64,000 bases of DNA from Octopus vulgaris (lineage: Eukaryota): NCBI GenBank assembly GCA_951406725.2, contig OX597818.1, positions 131,502,001-131,566,000 of the forward strand, given 5' to 3'. A program made the translations under genes and the position numbers. Each line of letters begins with the position of its first letter. Position 1 is the stretch's first letter. The notes under the pieces are model-generated. The model worked only from the letters and a program-made list of their open reading frames with translations. It was not told the DNA's origin and did not search any database. Positions 38,301 to 52,825 of the stretch are shown one piece after another.

Positions 38301-38659
38301 ATGTTGATGTGCTTGATTATATCTGCATTCTATGAAAAGTTGCTCCAAGGGGTGCTGTGTTTCTACATCTTCAATAAAATTGTTTGTTCATTTTACACCT
38401 TGAAAGTCATGTAAAACAAGAGATCCCTTACTTGAAAAATAGAAAAAGGGTAAATGACAGAAAGAGCTTCTATCCATAAAACAAGACCTCAATAATATAT
38501 TTGTCAAACCCACGATAGCAAGTAAATTGAATGAACATAAATGTGTGTATGTATATGTATGTGTGTGTTTGTGCATGTTTGAGTTTGCATAAATGTATAT
38601 GAGTATGTGTAGAGACACATACGTGTAAATTTATAACGTATGCAGATACACACATATAT

Positions 38660-39370
38660 ACATACATACAATGCACACAAATACATAAACACATACACAC
38701 AACACACATACATGTACATATATAAACACATACACACAACATACACACAAATGTACATATATAAACACATACACACAACATACACACAAATGTACATATA
38801 TAGACACATACACACAACATACACACAAATGTACATATATAAACACATACACACAACACACATACATGTACATATATAAACACATATATATAAACACATA
38901 CACACAACATACATACATGTACATATATAAACACATACACACAACATACACACAAATGTACATATATAGACATATACACACATACATATATAAATACATA
39001 CAACACACACACACAACACACATACATGTACATATATAAACACATACACACAACACACATACATGTACATATATAAACACATACACACAACACACATACA
39101 TGTACATATATAAACACATACACACAACACACATACATGTACATATATAAACACATACACACAACACACATACTTGTACATATATAAACACATACACACA
39201 ACACACATACTTGTACATATATAAACACATACACACAACATACACACAAATGTACATATATAAACACATACACACAACATACACACAAATGTACATATAT
39301 AGACATATACACACATACATATATAAATACATACAACACACACACACACACACATGTACGTATATAAATA
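38660..39370. repeat. Minisatellite with 37/39-bp units
   Basis: tgtacatatataaacacatacacacaaca(cacataca|tacacacaaa) repeated; explains the 250-310 aa pseudo-ORFs. Confidence 0.9.
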
Positions 39371-40214
39371 CACACAAAGCACACACACCTACATATCCTC
39401 AAGTGCTTCTAACTAAACACACGATCAAAGACGGAACATAGACTTCCCTCCTGTACATTCTACACGATCTCTTTAGTCTTTTGTTTCTAATCCAAAGTAA
39501 AACCAAACATTTCCTTGCACCCAGTAAACGAAGAAGACATACATGAGTAAAGAAACAAAAGAGTAAAAAAAGAATAATAATCATAAAAACAACTGCTAAC
39601 ACACTTTATTTGGATCTCATGACAAAATACACAAAATGCTGAAGCAAACTTGAAATGTCCCTTTGACAGAAATAAGCTGTAGATATTTACCCCACGCTCA
39701 AGAATTATCATTCTTGGTATTTATCCTTGACAAATGCCATCACACACTTAACACAAAGTTTACTTTACTTACCAAAAATGCCATTTTTTTCTTGTCTTTT
39801 ATTTTAGATATATTCTTGCTTGTATTTTTTTTTTTTTTTTTTCAATCAATATCTACTTGTAGCAAGCACCAAAGAGCAAGAGATAAGTTTACTGACAACA
39901 TTCCTCTCACTCTAAGACTCCTTCTTGCACACAGAAGAAGAGGGAAAAAAAAAAAGAAAAGAAAAAAGAAAAAAAATGTGAGGAAAAAAAAATGGCTGAG
40001 CGGATAAGGTTCTGAACTGCTTATTTAGAGAAAATGAGTTGAGATTTCACAGGAAGAATTTTTTCATGTGATAGGAAGTCAGAAGTAAACTGATTTCTGC
40101 AATACTGTTAGGAATTAAGAATCGGAATAAAATTTATTTGTAATACACTGGTGACATAAAGAAGAGGTAATTCTTGTTTTGAAATGCTGGATCTCAAAGC
40201 AGCAAAGATATGAT

Positions 40215-40830
40215 TAATCCTTTCTACTGTAGGCACAAGGTTTGAAATTTTGGAGGGATAGGGCCAGTCAGTTACATCAATCCCAGTGTATAACTGGTAC
40301 TTATTTCATCAACCCCGAAGGGATGAAAGGTAAAGTCAACCTGGGCAGAATTTGAACTCAGACCGCAAGGACGGACAAAATGCCACTAAGCATTTTGCCT
40401 GGTGTGCTAATGATTCTGCCAGCTCACAGCCTTTCTAAAATATAAATAATGGTTTCAAATTCTAGCACAAAGCTAGCAATTTCGGGGGAAGAGGTAAGTT
40501 GATTACATTGACTCCAGTATGTAACTGGTACTTATTTTATCAAAAGGCGGTGAGCTGGCAGAATCGTTAGCACATCGGGCTAAATACTCAGTGGTATTTC
40601 GTCTGCCGCTACATTCTGAGTTCAAATTTCACCGAGGTTGACTTTACCTTTCATCCTTTCGGGGTCAATTAAATAAGTACCAGCTACGCACTGGGGTCAA
40701 TATAATCGACTTAATATGTTTGTCTGTCCTTGTTTGTCCTCTCTGTGTTTAGCCCCTTGTGGGTAGTAAAGAAATTGGTACTTATTTTATTGACCCCAAA
40801 AGAATGAAAGGAAAAAAATTGACCTCAGTG
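40215..40830. mobile_element. SINE B cluster: two older minus copies, one split by a young plus copy (40546-40775)
   Basis: TSD tggtacttattttat on both sides of the plus copy. Confidence 0.8.
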
Positions 40831-41409
40831 AACTTCTTGTAGTTTCTATCAAACACATACACTCACAAGGCTTTGGTCATCCCAAAGTAATAGTAGAAGA
40901 CACTTGCCCAAGGTTCCATACAATGGGACAGAACTCAAGACCATGTGGTTGGGAAGCAAGCTTCTTACTACACAACCATGCCTGTGCCTATATATATATT
41001 TTTTACCTGTTTCAGTCATTAAACTGCAACCAGGTTGAGGCACAGACATCATCATTTAATTTACTCTACAGCTGGATGCTCTTCCTGTCTCCACCCCTCT
41101 ACTTCTTCAGGCAGGCATAGCACAATGGCTACACCTGATTTCACAGCAGACTGCAAATGAGTGATACTGTTTGTATGACAGTGACATTAATTTACGATCA
41201 GTTTATAATGACACAAGCACACATACACACTTTTACTCTCTGTCTTACACACATGTATATATTTGCTGAGTTTTCTTTTTTTTTTCATGTCTACTGAATC
41301 CATACACAAGGCTTTCAGTGGCCCAAGATGCATACATATATTATATATATGTATTGTGTTTGTGGCTGTGTATCTATGTGAGTTTTTCAAGTGCATGCAC
41401 ATGTGTATA

Positions 41410-41610
41410 TCTCTATATATATAAACGGCAAAATGTCGGTGTATCTGTGTGTCTGTGTGTCCTTAATACAAATCCACAGTTTTTCATGTAAAAGGCTCGC
41501 ATTTCCTATGGGCTTTCAAAACTGTCTGAGAGTGGCCGTGAAGATTTTTTCATTTCCCCGGTCACCCCAGAAAGCCATTAAAAAAATCCTCAAGGTGAAA
41601 ATGCAGCCCT
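41410..41610 (+). mobile_element. Helitron-like 5' fragment
   Basis: tctctatatatataaacggcaaaatgtc...(tctgtgtg)n, a start typical of non-autonomous Helitrons; no CTAG 3' end seen. Confidence 0.5.
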
Positions 41611-42170
41611 AAGGTTGCTGTTTAAAGACTATTGTAGTGATCCAGAGTGAACTACAGAAGGTCCTTGACTTGCTTACAGAAAACAACTTCCAGGTCATAT
41701 TCCAAAAGTAGCAGGAAAGCTGGAACCAGTGTACTGCTGCACAAGGTTACTATATCGAAGGAGATGATGTAAAATATTAGGTGAATAAGATTTTTTTTAT
41801 TAAACATTACTTTTCATGCCACCTTGGGAACCTTTTGATACCACCTCGTAATTCTTTTTTCCCAAATAAATTGCACTTCATATTCAAGACTGCGATGAAG
41901 CTATAGCGTGTTATTCAGGCACTCAACTATGAGTCTACTGCACCTTATCGCAGAAACAGCTGTAAGCTAATGAAGCTCATAACACCACTATTGTTCTTCC
42001 AGTGTCATCTCTTTGTTTTATTCTATATAGACATTCATATATACATTACACACATACATATCAATGTGTGACTGAGTGTACAGTGTCAACAACTGAATGG
42101 AATTGTATGAAAGAAGTATAGCATTGGTTCCAAAATAATTATAATATTATTTCTAGTGGTGGTAGTATTG

Positions 42171-42226
<56 letters not shown>

Positions 42227-43047
42227 CATTATTATTATTATCATTATTATTATTATTATTTTCATCATCATTATTATTATTGTCATTGTAGGAATCTACT
42301 TCTTGTAGCTGTTGTGTTTTTTATGTGACAAATTGTTTAGAGATAAGATTTTTATCCTTCAGACAAGTTATAAATAGCCCGGCAATGACAAATGGAACAT
42401 TGATTTGATGGAGTTGCTGTTTCACTTTTGTTAGAATTCCATTGTTGTGGCATTGTTGAAAACCGAAATGAAACTTCTGAATGCCGTATTGGAATAAACT
42501 GAATGAAAACGCCCTGTCTCTCCATGGCAGTTTAAGTAAAATAAATAATGCCTGCATGTAAATAATATGTACATATTGCTTGCCAGTCGGAGCAGCAGAG
42601 CTAAAGAAATAAACATATCAGGAAAAATAAACAACTTTGGAACATTGAAAAATCTATTTGCACGTATATTCACATACGTACATGAATATATACGCAAACA
42701 CACACGCACACACGGAGAAATGAATAACAGCACAGAAAAATATTGTTTAATTTGAATTTAAACAATTCAATTCCAAACATTGGAAATTTCTTTTTAATAA
42801 TAATAATAATAATAATAATAACAATAATAATAATAACAATAATAAATATTATTATTGTTACAATCCTAAACATAAAGTTATATATATATATACATATTAA
42901 ATGTATATACATATATATTATTAAACATGTATATATGTATTATTAAATAAACCCACATACACATATCTATCTATCTATATATATATATATATATTCATAT
43001 ATATATCATTAAATAAACACACACACAAACACATATATGTATCTATG

Positions 43048-43089
<42 letters not shown>

Positions 43090-43116
43090 ATATATATATA
43101 AAAATAGATATACATA

Positions 43117-43157
<41 letters not shown>

Positions 43158-43933
43158 ATGTATGTGTGCATATATATATATGTATATATATATATATATG
43201 CACACATACATACACACATATATGTATATATATATATATATATGCACACACATAAAAACCTTCTGAAATTTATTCAAGTTACTAGCCTATTGAAGCTTTA
43301 ATCTTTTGAATATTTTCCGAAGTTAGAACCCATAATATGAATAGCATTTCACACACTTGTTTACTTTATCGTCTTTGATAATCCATACATTATAAAGAAA
43401 ACTACAGCATGAATTACATACACCAACTGCAATATAATATTTTGCACTACAGATTATATATTCCAACTTCAAGAGTATTATGACATGTGGTTTATATTAC
43501 AATATACAGTGTATTACATCATACAATGAATATTCTACAATTCCTGAAAGTATGTGGCTTGGTGATTAGGGATGATGGAGCCCCATAGTCATAAGGTTGA
43601 TTCCTGGACCAAATCGTTCAAATTTCATATTGCCCCAATCTATTCAAGTAAAAAGAAAGAAAAAAGGATTTGATTTGATGACCAGATCTTATGCATATCG
43701 TTACAGGCTGACCAGGCCATACCCTTTCTAGTTATTTAGAATTGTTAGCATGTGAGGCAAAATGCTTAGCACCATTTCATCCATCTTCACTTTCTTAGTT
43801 CAAAATCTGATGAGGTCAACTTTGCCTTTCATCCTTTTGGGGTTGATAAAATTAGTACCACTTGAACACTAAGCTGAATGCAATCAACTTACTCTTCCCA
43901 TGTAACTGCTGGCCTTGTGCCAAAATTTGAAAC

Positions 43934-43995
<62 letters not shown>

Positions 43996-44359
43996 CAGCA
44001 ACACTGGTGAATTTCATCTCTTCAGGTTGGCATATTGTGTTATGTGACAAAACATGTTACTCAATCCATTCTTTGATATTATATTTTTGTATTAACTCAA
44101 TGGATTACAGAATCACAGGAGCATATCCAGTGATATGATCACCTACACTGTATGACAGTATTTGTTCGCCGATACCTGTAGATGAGATGTGTAAAGCAAA
44201 CAAGGTTTATACCCAAATATAATTTGCACACATGCACACACATACCTATTATTTACTTTCAGGTGTTTTTAACATCAGACATATTGAGAATATTCCCTTA
44301 CGCCTAAAACACAGCCGACCCATGAACTAACAACACACACACGTTGTGTAAGTGTGTTC

Positions 44360-44415
<56 letters not shown>

Positions 44416-44664
44416 GCAAGGGTTCATCAAAAAATTTTACTTTACCACACGCAAGAAGAGTCTCTTCTTATAGTAGAGGAAATAGCTATATTCTGTAGCT
44501 GCTATTTCTAAAAGTTCGGTGTGTGGTAAAGTAAATTATATAAAGTAATGTTTTAAATATACCGTAAATGGTCTTTTTACATACTGAACACTACTTGGTA
44601 AAATTATTAATTACTAATTAATTAATTTTACCCTTATTATTATTGACAATATATATATATACAT

Positions 44665-44902
44665 ACAGGTGCAGGTATGGCTGTGTGGTAAGAATCTTGT
44701 TTTCCAACCATGTAGTTCCAGGTTCAGTCCCACTGGACAAGTGTCTTCTACTAAAACCTCAAGCCTACCAAGATCTTGTGAGTGGGTTTGGTAGATGGAA
44801 ACTAACAAAAAACCCATTGTGTGTATGTGTGCGTGTGTGTCATTGTATCTGTGTTTGTCCCCTACCACCATCTGATGACCAGTGTTGGTTTGTTTACACC
44901 CC
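44665..44902 (+). mobile_element. Older SINE family A, partial
   Basis: Diverged head and body. Confidence 0.75.
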
Positions 44903-45560
44903 ATTATTCTGCCCTGACTTTATGATTAGAATTTCAGCAACCCAACCACTAGGTCTTGTGCTGCATGTATGCATATGAATGAATCTTATTTAACTATATT
45001 ACACATGTGTTTGAAAAGCTGTAAATAGTGAAAGCACTTAACACAATATGAAAACTTCCTTCCAAAACGTTTGTCTTTCTGCTTTTGTTTTTTTAAGATT
45101 ATTTCAAATAATTAATAAATTTTTAAGAAAATCTTTCTTCAAATATTGCGACTGCAGCAAGAAATCTTTGTAAAAATATTCTTTTAAATATACAAATATA
45201 TAAATGCACACAAATATAAACAGACAGACACACACACACACTCAAACACAAGTACATATTATTTAGGTTATTAAGAAGAAATCTGATATGTATTTATTTA
45301 CATTAAATGTTTACATTTCAGGTGCCAAACACAAGATAAGTAAAAGATGATAAAGAAAAGCATAAATCAATATTCTTATTCTATTTCAATCATTTTATAT
45401 TTTATATATATATGTCATGGATATACAATATAAACAGATGCGCACATGTAAATACTATAAATATATGGTTGTGTGTGTATACCTATGTATACATATACAT
45501 TTCTCACATACACACATGTATATGCATATATATATAGATATATATATGTGTGTGTGTGTG

Positions 45561-45641
<81 letters not shown>

Positions 45642-46000
45642 GTATGCATGCATATGAGTGTGTAGGTAAGTAGATAGGTCTGTAAACACATTCATATGTT
45701 TAAATAAACAACTTAGATCATTTAATAAACGGGATCATATGTCTAAGTAGGGAAGAGTATATATATAAGTGTGTGTGTGTGAGTATATCATATATACATG
45801 CATACATGTATGTACTGAAGGGGAGAGAAAGATAAAGATAGTTAGAAAGAAATATAGATACATGTACATCATATATATATAATATATATTCATGTATTAC
45901 AAATTTATATATACATACACATATGTGCATGCTTGTATACAAACATACACACATACACAAACACTGTGCATCATTAAATGTTGATACATTTGTATGTTTT

Positions 46001-46043
<43 letters not shown>

Positions 46044-46229
46044 GTACACACATATATATATATATATACACACACACGTACACACAATATAAACATTCAA
46101 AATGTGTTTAATTAACGTTTTTTGTCTCACATACCTTCTCTCTCTTTGTCTGTCTCTCTCCCTCTCTCTTACACACATGTGCGTGTGTGTGTGTGCGTGT
46201 GTGTGCGTGTGTGTGTGTGCGTGTGTGTG

Positions 46230-46279
<50 letters not shown>

Positions 46280-46728
46280 CAGTCATATAAACACTCACAT
46301 ATACACTGGTCTAAATACTTTTATCTACATGTGATTATATAGGTTATATATAGACAGATACTTATATTGATACACAGATATTGAGTTCAGCTTTTATTAC
46401 ATACATGCATACAGACATATGCATGTATACACACACACACACACTGAAGCACATGATTTTTTCCAACCATAAACCCTTAATGAATGATAAATGGTAAGTT
46501 TCAAATAATTTTAACATATTTTTAACAAACATTTTATTGAGATTATTTGACAGGAAAAGTTTGATGATGGAGTGTTATATGAAAGTAATATTAGACAAAT
46601 ATTTTCATAAACTAAGTTTGCAGCATTGTAAATATATCTACTTTAAAATATATGATATTTACTGAGTGTAGTCTTTAAACCCAATATTATTCTTACTGGT
46701 TTTGCACACACACACACATATATATATA

Positions 46729-47143
46729 CTCTTCTACTCTTTTACTTGTTTCAGTCATTTGACTGCAGCCATGCTGGAGCACCGCCTTTAGTCGAGCAAA
46801 TCGACCCTGGGACTTATTCTTAGTAAGCCCAGTACTTATTCTATCGGTCTCTTTTGCCGAACCGCTAAGTGATGGGGACGTAAACACACCAGCATCAGTT
46901 GTCAAGCAATGCTAGGGGGACAAACACAGACACACAAACATACACGCACACACAGATATATATATATATATATACATATATACGACGGGCGTCTTTCAGT
47001 TTCCGTTTACCAAATCCACTCACAAGTCTTTGGTCGGCCCGAGGCTATAGTAGAAGACAGTTGTCCAAGGTGCCACGCAGTGGGACTGAACCCGGAAAAT
47101 GTGGTTGGTAGGCAAGCTACTTGCCACACAGCCTCTCCTGCGT
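46729..47143 (-). mobile_element. SINE family A, full length
   Basis: Matches the family sequence. Confidence 0.92.
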
Positions 47144-47292
47144 CTATATATACAGTCAGTTAATAAAAATATCAGAAAGAAGCACACTCTAAAAAGAAGA
47201 GCAGTAATTATTACAACAAAATTTTATATAGAGTTACCCAAGGTTTTGCATCCACAAAGTCAAAGCCTTGTGGACAGCTCATCAGACTCTGT

Positions 47293-47345
<53 letters not shown>

Positions 47346-47450
47346 TGTGTATACACACGTTCATTATATAAGACTAAGTGTGGCAAATTAGTTGATTTAC
47401 TACAAACTCAGAGTTGCTTGCAATATTTGTTTCAGCTGTCTGCCTTTTAA

Positions 47451-47672
47451 CCCCTTTGCATTTAAATAAGCCATATCCGGCCAAAATATAATACTTCTTT
47501 TATGCCCAAAGTGGCCCAGATCTGGCCTCTCACACCTACCCCACGATATCATTCTAAAAACATACAACCACATCTTCAAAGTCTCAAAACTATGAGATGG
47601 TGCATGATTAATTTAAAGACAACATGAATAATTAAGCATTATTTTTGACAGAGTAATCTAAGTGGTAAAGGG
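47451..47672 (+). mobile_element. piggyBac-type MITE
   Basis: TTAA|cccctttgc...ggtaaaggg|TTAA. Confidence 0.8.
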
Positions 47673-47864
47673 TTAAGTGCAAATATAACCAAGGCTGGTT
47701 TAGCCTTTCATCATTTGGGGCTCAATAATTTATGCACTACCCCTATACTGGGATGATTCTCTCTCTCTCTCTCTCGCTCTTTCCCATTGAGTCTGTCTCT
47801 TCCTCAAACTGCAAGAAATTGGCTGTGAACAGAACTAAAAAACGATGGCCTCTGTTAGTGCTGA

Positions 47865-48185
47865 ATCATAAAATAATAGTAATGAAGTTATTGTATACAG
47901 TGCTCAGGTGCACCACAACTTGTCAGAGTATATGCAGTAATGTACAAATGTCTGGAAAGCGAACAATACACGAGTCAGATACATGCCTGTGTGTGTATGG
48001 AGGGGAGAAAATCAGGTGTAGTGTTGGCAGATCTCAGAAAGCATGGAAGTTTTGAAGGATGCAGCGCTCCGACAACTAACAACTGATGCCGGCAGTTTGT
48101 TCCATGCTTCAGCAACTCTCAGCGTGAAAAAATGTTTCCTGAAGTCAGGGGAGCTGTGCTGTTTTCTGACTTTGAAAATATGTCC
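47865..48185 (-). mobile_element. CR1-clade LINE 3' end
   Basis: 48185-48012 reads GHIFKVRKQHSSPDFRKHFFTLRVAEAWNKLPASVVSCRSAASFKTSMLSEICQHYT*, the CR1 R..FF..RV...WN.LP motif, then a 3' UTR. Confidence 0.85.
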
Positions 48186-49162
48186 TAAGATGTCTCCCTA
48201 TCACTCCAACATGAGTTGAGGGACCAAGGCAAAGTATATGTGATGCTGTATTGGATAGAATATTTCTTTTTTCTGTTCATGATATTTGTCTGCTGTCATG
48301 CTAACTGCAGTGATGACAGTGTTTCTATGTCAGTGTTTCTATGAGTATATTATCCAATTAGCTTTCATTACTTTAAGACAGCATGGCATGAATCAACAGC
48401 CTGGTATGATTGAGCAACTGATTATTTCTAACTTGTCAATCAATGATGCAGAGGCTCCTTCCCTTGTTTTGGAATTTGTTGAACCTAGAGTCAACCAAGC
48501 AGACTTGTGTACCTTATACAGAGGTACAATTCAGTGGTTATAGAAACAAAGTTTAAACTTGTGATTGTAAGGCCATTAGTTCAGTAGTTTAATTCCTTGG
48601 CAAATATAATTTTGTACCGAATAAGTGAAAGATTATCCATCTGTCTCCTCTTGGGTTGAACAGTGCCTTGGGCCTATGCTTATCTTCGTATCTAGTTCCC
48701 ATCACATTAAACAAATGAGAGATAAATCTTCCTTTGGGATAGGATTCCAGTCAACTGTAAGTAATTTTGCCTGTAGCATGAAGAATTGAAGTGAATACAG
48801 TAAATAAATGGATCGTTGCTCAATTTTATAGTACTGCAGCTAGTACAGAAATGAGTTCTACCACAGTTTCAACTTAGAGTCAGTTAGCCTTATCAAATGA
48901 AAATGATATGGCTTAGCCATTCACATAAAAATAGTATTATTGACATATTGAATGGCACTCTATAAAATCAGTTGCCTGTACTCTAAGACTGAGGAGTATA
49001 TTAATTGGGTGCAGGTTTAACTGGATGGTTAAAAAGTTCGCTTTAAATCAGGTGGTTCCAGGTTTGGTTCTTCTGAACAGCACTTTGGAAATGTTTCCTT
49101 TCGATTGATCTATAGCATGTGAACACAGAAGCTAATAAATGGAAAGTATACAGACGTCCTTT

Positions 49163-49200
<38 letters not shown>

Positions 49201-49220
49201 GTATACATGCTTATAATGGG

Positions 49221-49565
49221 TAAAGGGTAAAGACCTTCTTTGACCATGAATGATCATAATATTGCCCCCTAAAAAGTTACCCTCTGCGGCACAAGCCTGG
49301 GCAAGGTTGTTTATGGAAGACCAGCAGTCACTCATGCATACCAGCTTCCTCTCTCCACCCCACTGATGTTATCCAAAGGAAAGACAAAGGCCAATACAGC
49401 TTGGCACCAGTGATGTCACAACTCAACTGTACAACTGTGTGAACTGGAACAATGTGAAATAAAGTGTCTTGCTCAAGAACATAACACAGAGTCCAGTTCA
49501 GGAATCAAACTCACTACCTCATGATTATGAGCCTGATGCTCTAATCACCGAGTCATGTACCTTCT
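49221..49565 (-). mobile_element. SINE family E, diverged full length
   Basis: Colinear with 21604-21947. Confidence 0.85.
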
Positions 49566-49577
49566 TACACATGTAAA

Positions 49578-49625
<48 letters not shown>

Positions 49626-49646
49626 ATTTAAAAGCAGCAGAAATTC

Positions 49647-49700
49647 AACAAAACCTGTTACTCTGAGTTTCACGTTCCCGTTCGTCGGACAGTTTTTGTT
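49647..49700 (-). ncRNA. Minimal type-I hammerhead ribozyme, CCGACGA (U4C) core
   Basis: aacaaaaactgt-CCGACGA-acg(ggaa)cgt-GAAA-ctc(a)gag-TA-acaggttttgtt; stem I 11/12 bp; GUA cleavage triplet. Confidence 0.7.
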
Positions 49701-49969
49701 AAAAAAAAAAAAAGCTTTGCGTAAACCATGGTCCGTTTTGTTCTCTTACTTTATTATCATCTTATAATCATCTCATAATAATGACCTTTATGACTCTTAC
49801 TACTACCTCAGTCAATCTAAATGTATATATTTGTCGTTACCTGTCATAAATAGCCTTTTTTTATTTGCAATGTGCATTTTCATTGATTTTTCATATTTTA
49901 CCCTTACATTTCCACGTCCATTTTATATTTTGCATTTTATATTTTCTTTTCGTAACATATTTCTACTAT

Positions 49970-50232
49970 ATCATCATCATCATCATCATCATCGTTTAAC
50001 GTCCGTTTTCCGCGCTAGCACGGGTTGGACGGTTCGACCGGGGTCTGGGAAGCCAGGGGCCGCTCCAGGCTCCAGTCTGATCTGGCAGAGTTTCTACGGC
50101 TGGATGCCCTTCCTAACGCCAACCACTCCGTGAGTGGAGTGGGTGCTTTTTACGTGCCACCTGCACAGGGGCCGGGGGGTCCGGCATCGGTCACGATCGG
50201 TTCGAGCTTTTTAACGTGCCCGCGGCACGGGG
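49970..50232 (-). mobile_element. RTE tail element (family D), young and CpG-rich
   Basis: (atc)n-gtttaacgtccgttttccgcgctagcacgggttggacgg... Confidence 0.85.
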
Positions 50233-50924
50233 GCAACAGGGATCCGGGGTACTTGGAATGGGTGGGGGTGGGGAAGGTTGGGGGGTAAGGAGGAACGATG
50301 GCAGGAAGGGTTGGTGCAGGTTCGTAAGAAATAAAAACGTAGGATAATTACGAGGCGGGGAGGGGACTGGAAGGAGATAGTCGGATTGAGGCAGTGTCAG
50401 ATTCAAAACAGGAGGAAGCGTAAGATCAGTGGGCGGTTGAAGAGCTGTGACGCTAGTAGCTTGTCTTTTCACAGTGAAAGCATATGAGGAGAAGGGGTAA
50501 GAAGGGGTGGTGGGGGAGGAGGAGGGAGTATCCGGTGTAGATGGTGAGAACAGTGTTCACCGGTATTGGTGGTGGGGGTGGGAGGGCGGGCGCACCGCGC
50601 ATTGGGAGAAGATGAGGTTTTAGGCGGCAGAAAGAAGACAGGATTGAGATGAAATGCTTTGCGGTGGTGTGAATAAGTTTTTGTGAGTGAAAGTTTTTAT
50701 GCTTCAGCTAGCATTTGAGACGAAAGACAACGATAACGCTAATATATGGGGATACAATAATAATAAGGCTTGCAAAAACAATGGAAAGAGGAAACAGGTC
50801 GGGAACTTAGCTGATGTTTTTCATCCTGCGGTATTGGCTAAGCCTGTGGAAGCGAGTGAAGGTGAGATATATACCGAGAGAGAGAGAGACAGTGAAAACA
50901 GAGGGAGAACCGACACCACATAGC

Positions 50925-50960
<36 letters not shown>

Positions 50961-52087
50961 TGTGTGTGTCTTTATAGTTGTCCTCTCACCTTTGACTACT
51001 TACTTTGGTTTGTTTATGTCCCTGTAACCAAGAAATAAGGCAAGAGAGACCAACAGAATATGTACAGGGGTCAATCTGTTAATCTAAACCTTTCCTGGTT
51101 GTACCCTAGCAAAAACAAATAAAAGAATTTTATGTGTATATAAATGTGTGTGTATATATATATAAAGAAAGGGAGTGATATTTAAATATGAATTAGGTAC
51201 GTGACTTTGATAGGCCACAAACATGGCAAAACATTGATGTCCATCACTCCTGAATGGGATTTGAGGTGAGCTGTCTTGCCTGTCTATGACTTTTGGGTGT
51301 TTTAATTCCAGTGCTTTCAAGGAGTCATCCCCACTGTAAAAACTGCTGCCTACCAGTGCACAAGAAAAGCATTTATATTGTGTGGTGTGTGTGTGTGTAT
51401 GTGTGAGTGTGTGTCTGTGTATGCATATATATATTTAAAATACATCAGGATTTGAGTGAATCAGGTACTTAAATAGTAAGGCACCAGGTCAGGTCAAAAA
51501 GTAAAATTGTACACAACAAAAATAGTAAAATTGACACATCATTCATTTGTTATTATTTATATTCATACACACACACACACATACACACACATGTATGTAA
51601 ATGTTGAATGATGAAAATAAGTGCTCAACACCACATTGATGGATATATAGATATAATTTCTTTATTTGCAAATTAAGGCTACCATTAGTTTCACGTTTAG
51701 AAAAATTGGATAATATCCTAGTGTCTTAACAATTTTTCAAGCCAATCACATGGAGAAAGGTGTTTGCCTAAGTTTTGGAAAACACAGTGTTGTTTAGTTC
51801 ACGAATATATATATATATATATATATATTATTTCATGACCACAATATATGTTTTTATGGGGTAATAATAGTTTCATGTGATGAAAACATTTTAGATAGCA
51901 TTTTTTAACACATCTGAGTATTGTGTGAAGGCACCAGATCTGTTAGAAAAAGCTGACAGAAATGTTTTTTTATTGCATGAAACTATTAGTAGCTCATTAA
52001 AATGTATATTGTGTTGATTAAATAATGTTCATCTCTCACCAGATGGAGTACTTTTTGGTTAATCTTACCATCACAGAACAATAGACA

Positions 52088-52134
<47 letters not shown>

Positions 52135-52135
<1 letters not shown>

Positions 52136-52825
52136 CATCATCATTTAACATCTGTTGTCCATGCTGGCATGGGTTAGATGGTTTGACCAGGGCTGGCAAG
52201 CTGGAAGGCTGCACCAGACTCCAGTCTGATTTGGCATGGCTTCTACAGCTGGATGCCCTTCCTAATGCCAACCACTCTGGGAGTGTAATGGATGCTTTTA
52301 AGTGCCACTAGCATGGATGCCATTTGCATGAAATCAGTATCTACCATGACCACAATTCTGTTTCGCTTGATGGGTCCTCTTTCTCAAGCATGACATAATG
52401 CCAAAGGTCTCAGTCATTGCCTCCAAGAAGCCCAACGCTTGAAAGGAACTCAACCATTTTGCTTCTGTGAGGCCAAATGCCCGAAAAGATTTCGCTTCTG
52501 TGAGGCTCAATGCTCGAAAGGAACTCACCTCCCTGAGGCCCAATGCTTGAAAGAAACTCACCTCCATGAGGCCCAATGCTTGCAAGGTGCTCTTTATGCG
52601 CCACCAGCACAGGTGCCAGTTACATGACTTCAGCATCAGTCATGGCTATGGTTTCACTTGGCTTGGTGGGTCTTCTCAAGCACAGCATATCACCAACCGT
52701 CTCAGTTGTTAGTCATTGCTTGTGCTCATAGTTTGAAGATCATACTTCACCACCTTGTCCCATGACTTCCTCGATCGACCTTTACTACAGGTGCCCTCCA
52801 CAGCTAGAGAGCAGTACTTCTTTAT
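52135..52825 (-). mobile_element. RTE LINE 3' end with ~35-bp internal tandem subrepeats
   Basis: Tail, 3' UTR and decayed GR.RK.WDKVVKYDL region; gaggc(c/t)caatgc...gaaaggaactca repeated at 52420-52590. Confidence 0.75.

Noticed and set aside
38470-39402. Longest ORFs in the track (251-310 aa, C/V/Y/M-rich)
   Set aside because: Open in all three minus frames because they translate a 37/39-bp minisatellite; not protein coding.
48190-48960. Very old LINE endonuclease remnant (LDNILI resembling IDYIL) on the minus strand
   Set aside because: Too degenerate to call by eye. 18000-18450 is similarly ambiguous.
50806-50843. cttagc...gctaag stem containing GAAA on the minus strand
   Set aside because: No recognisable 7-nt hammerhead core.
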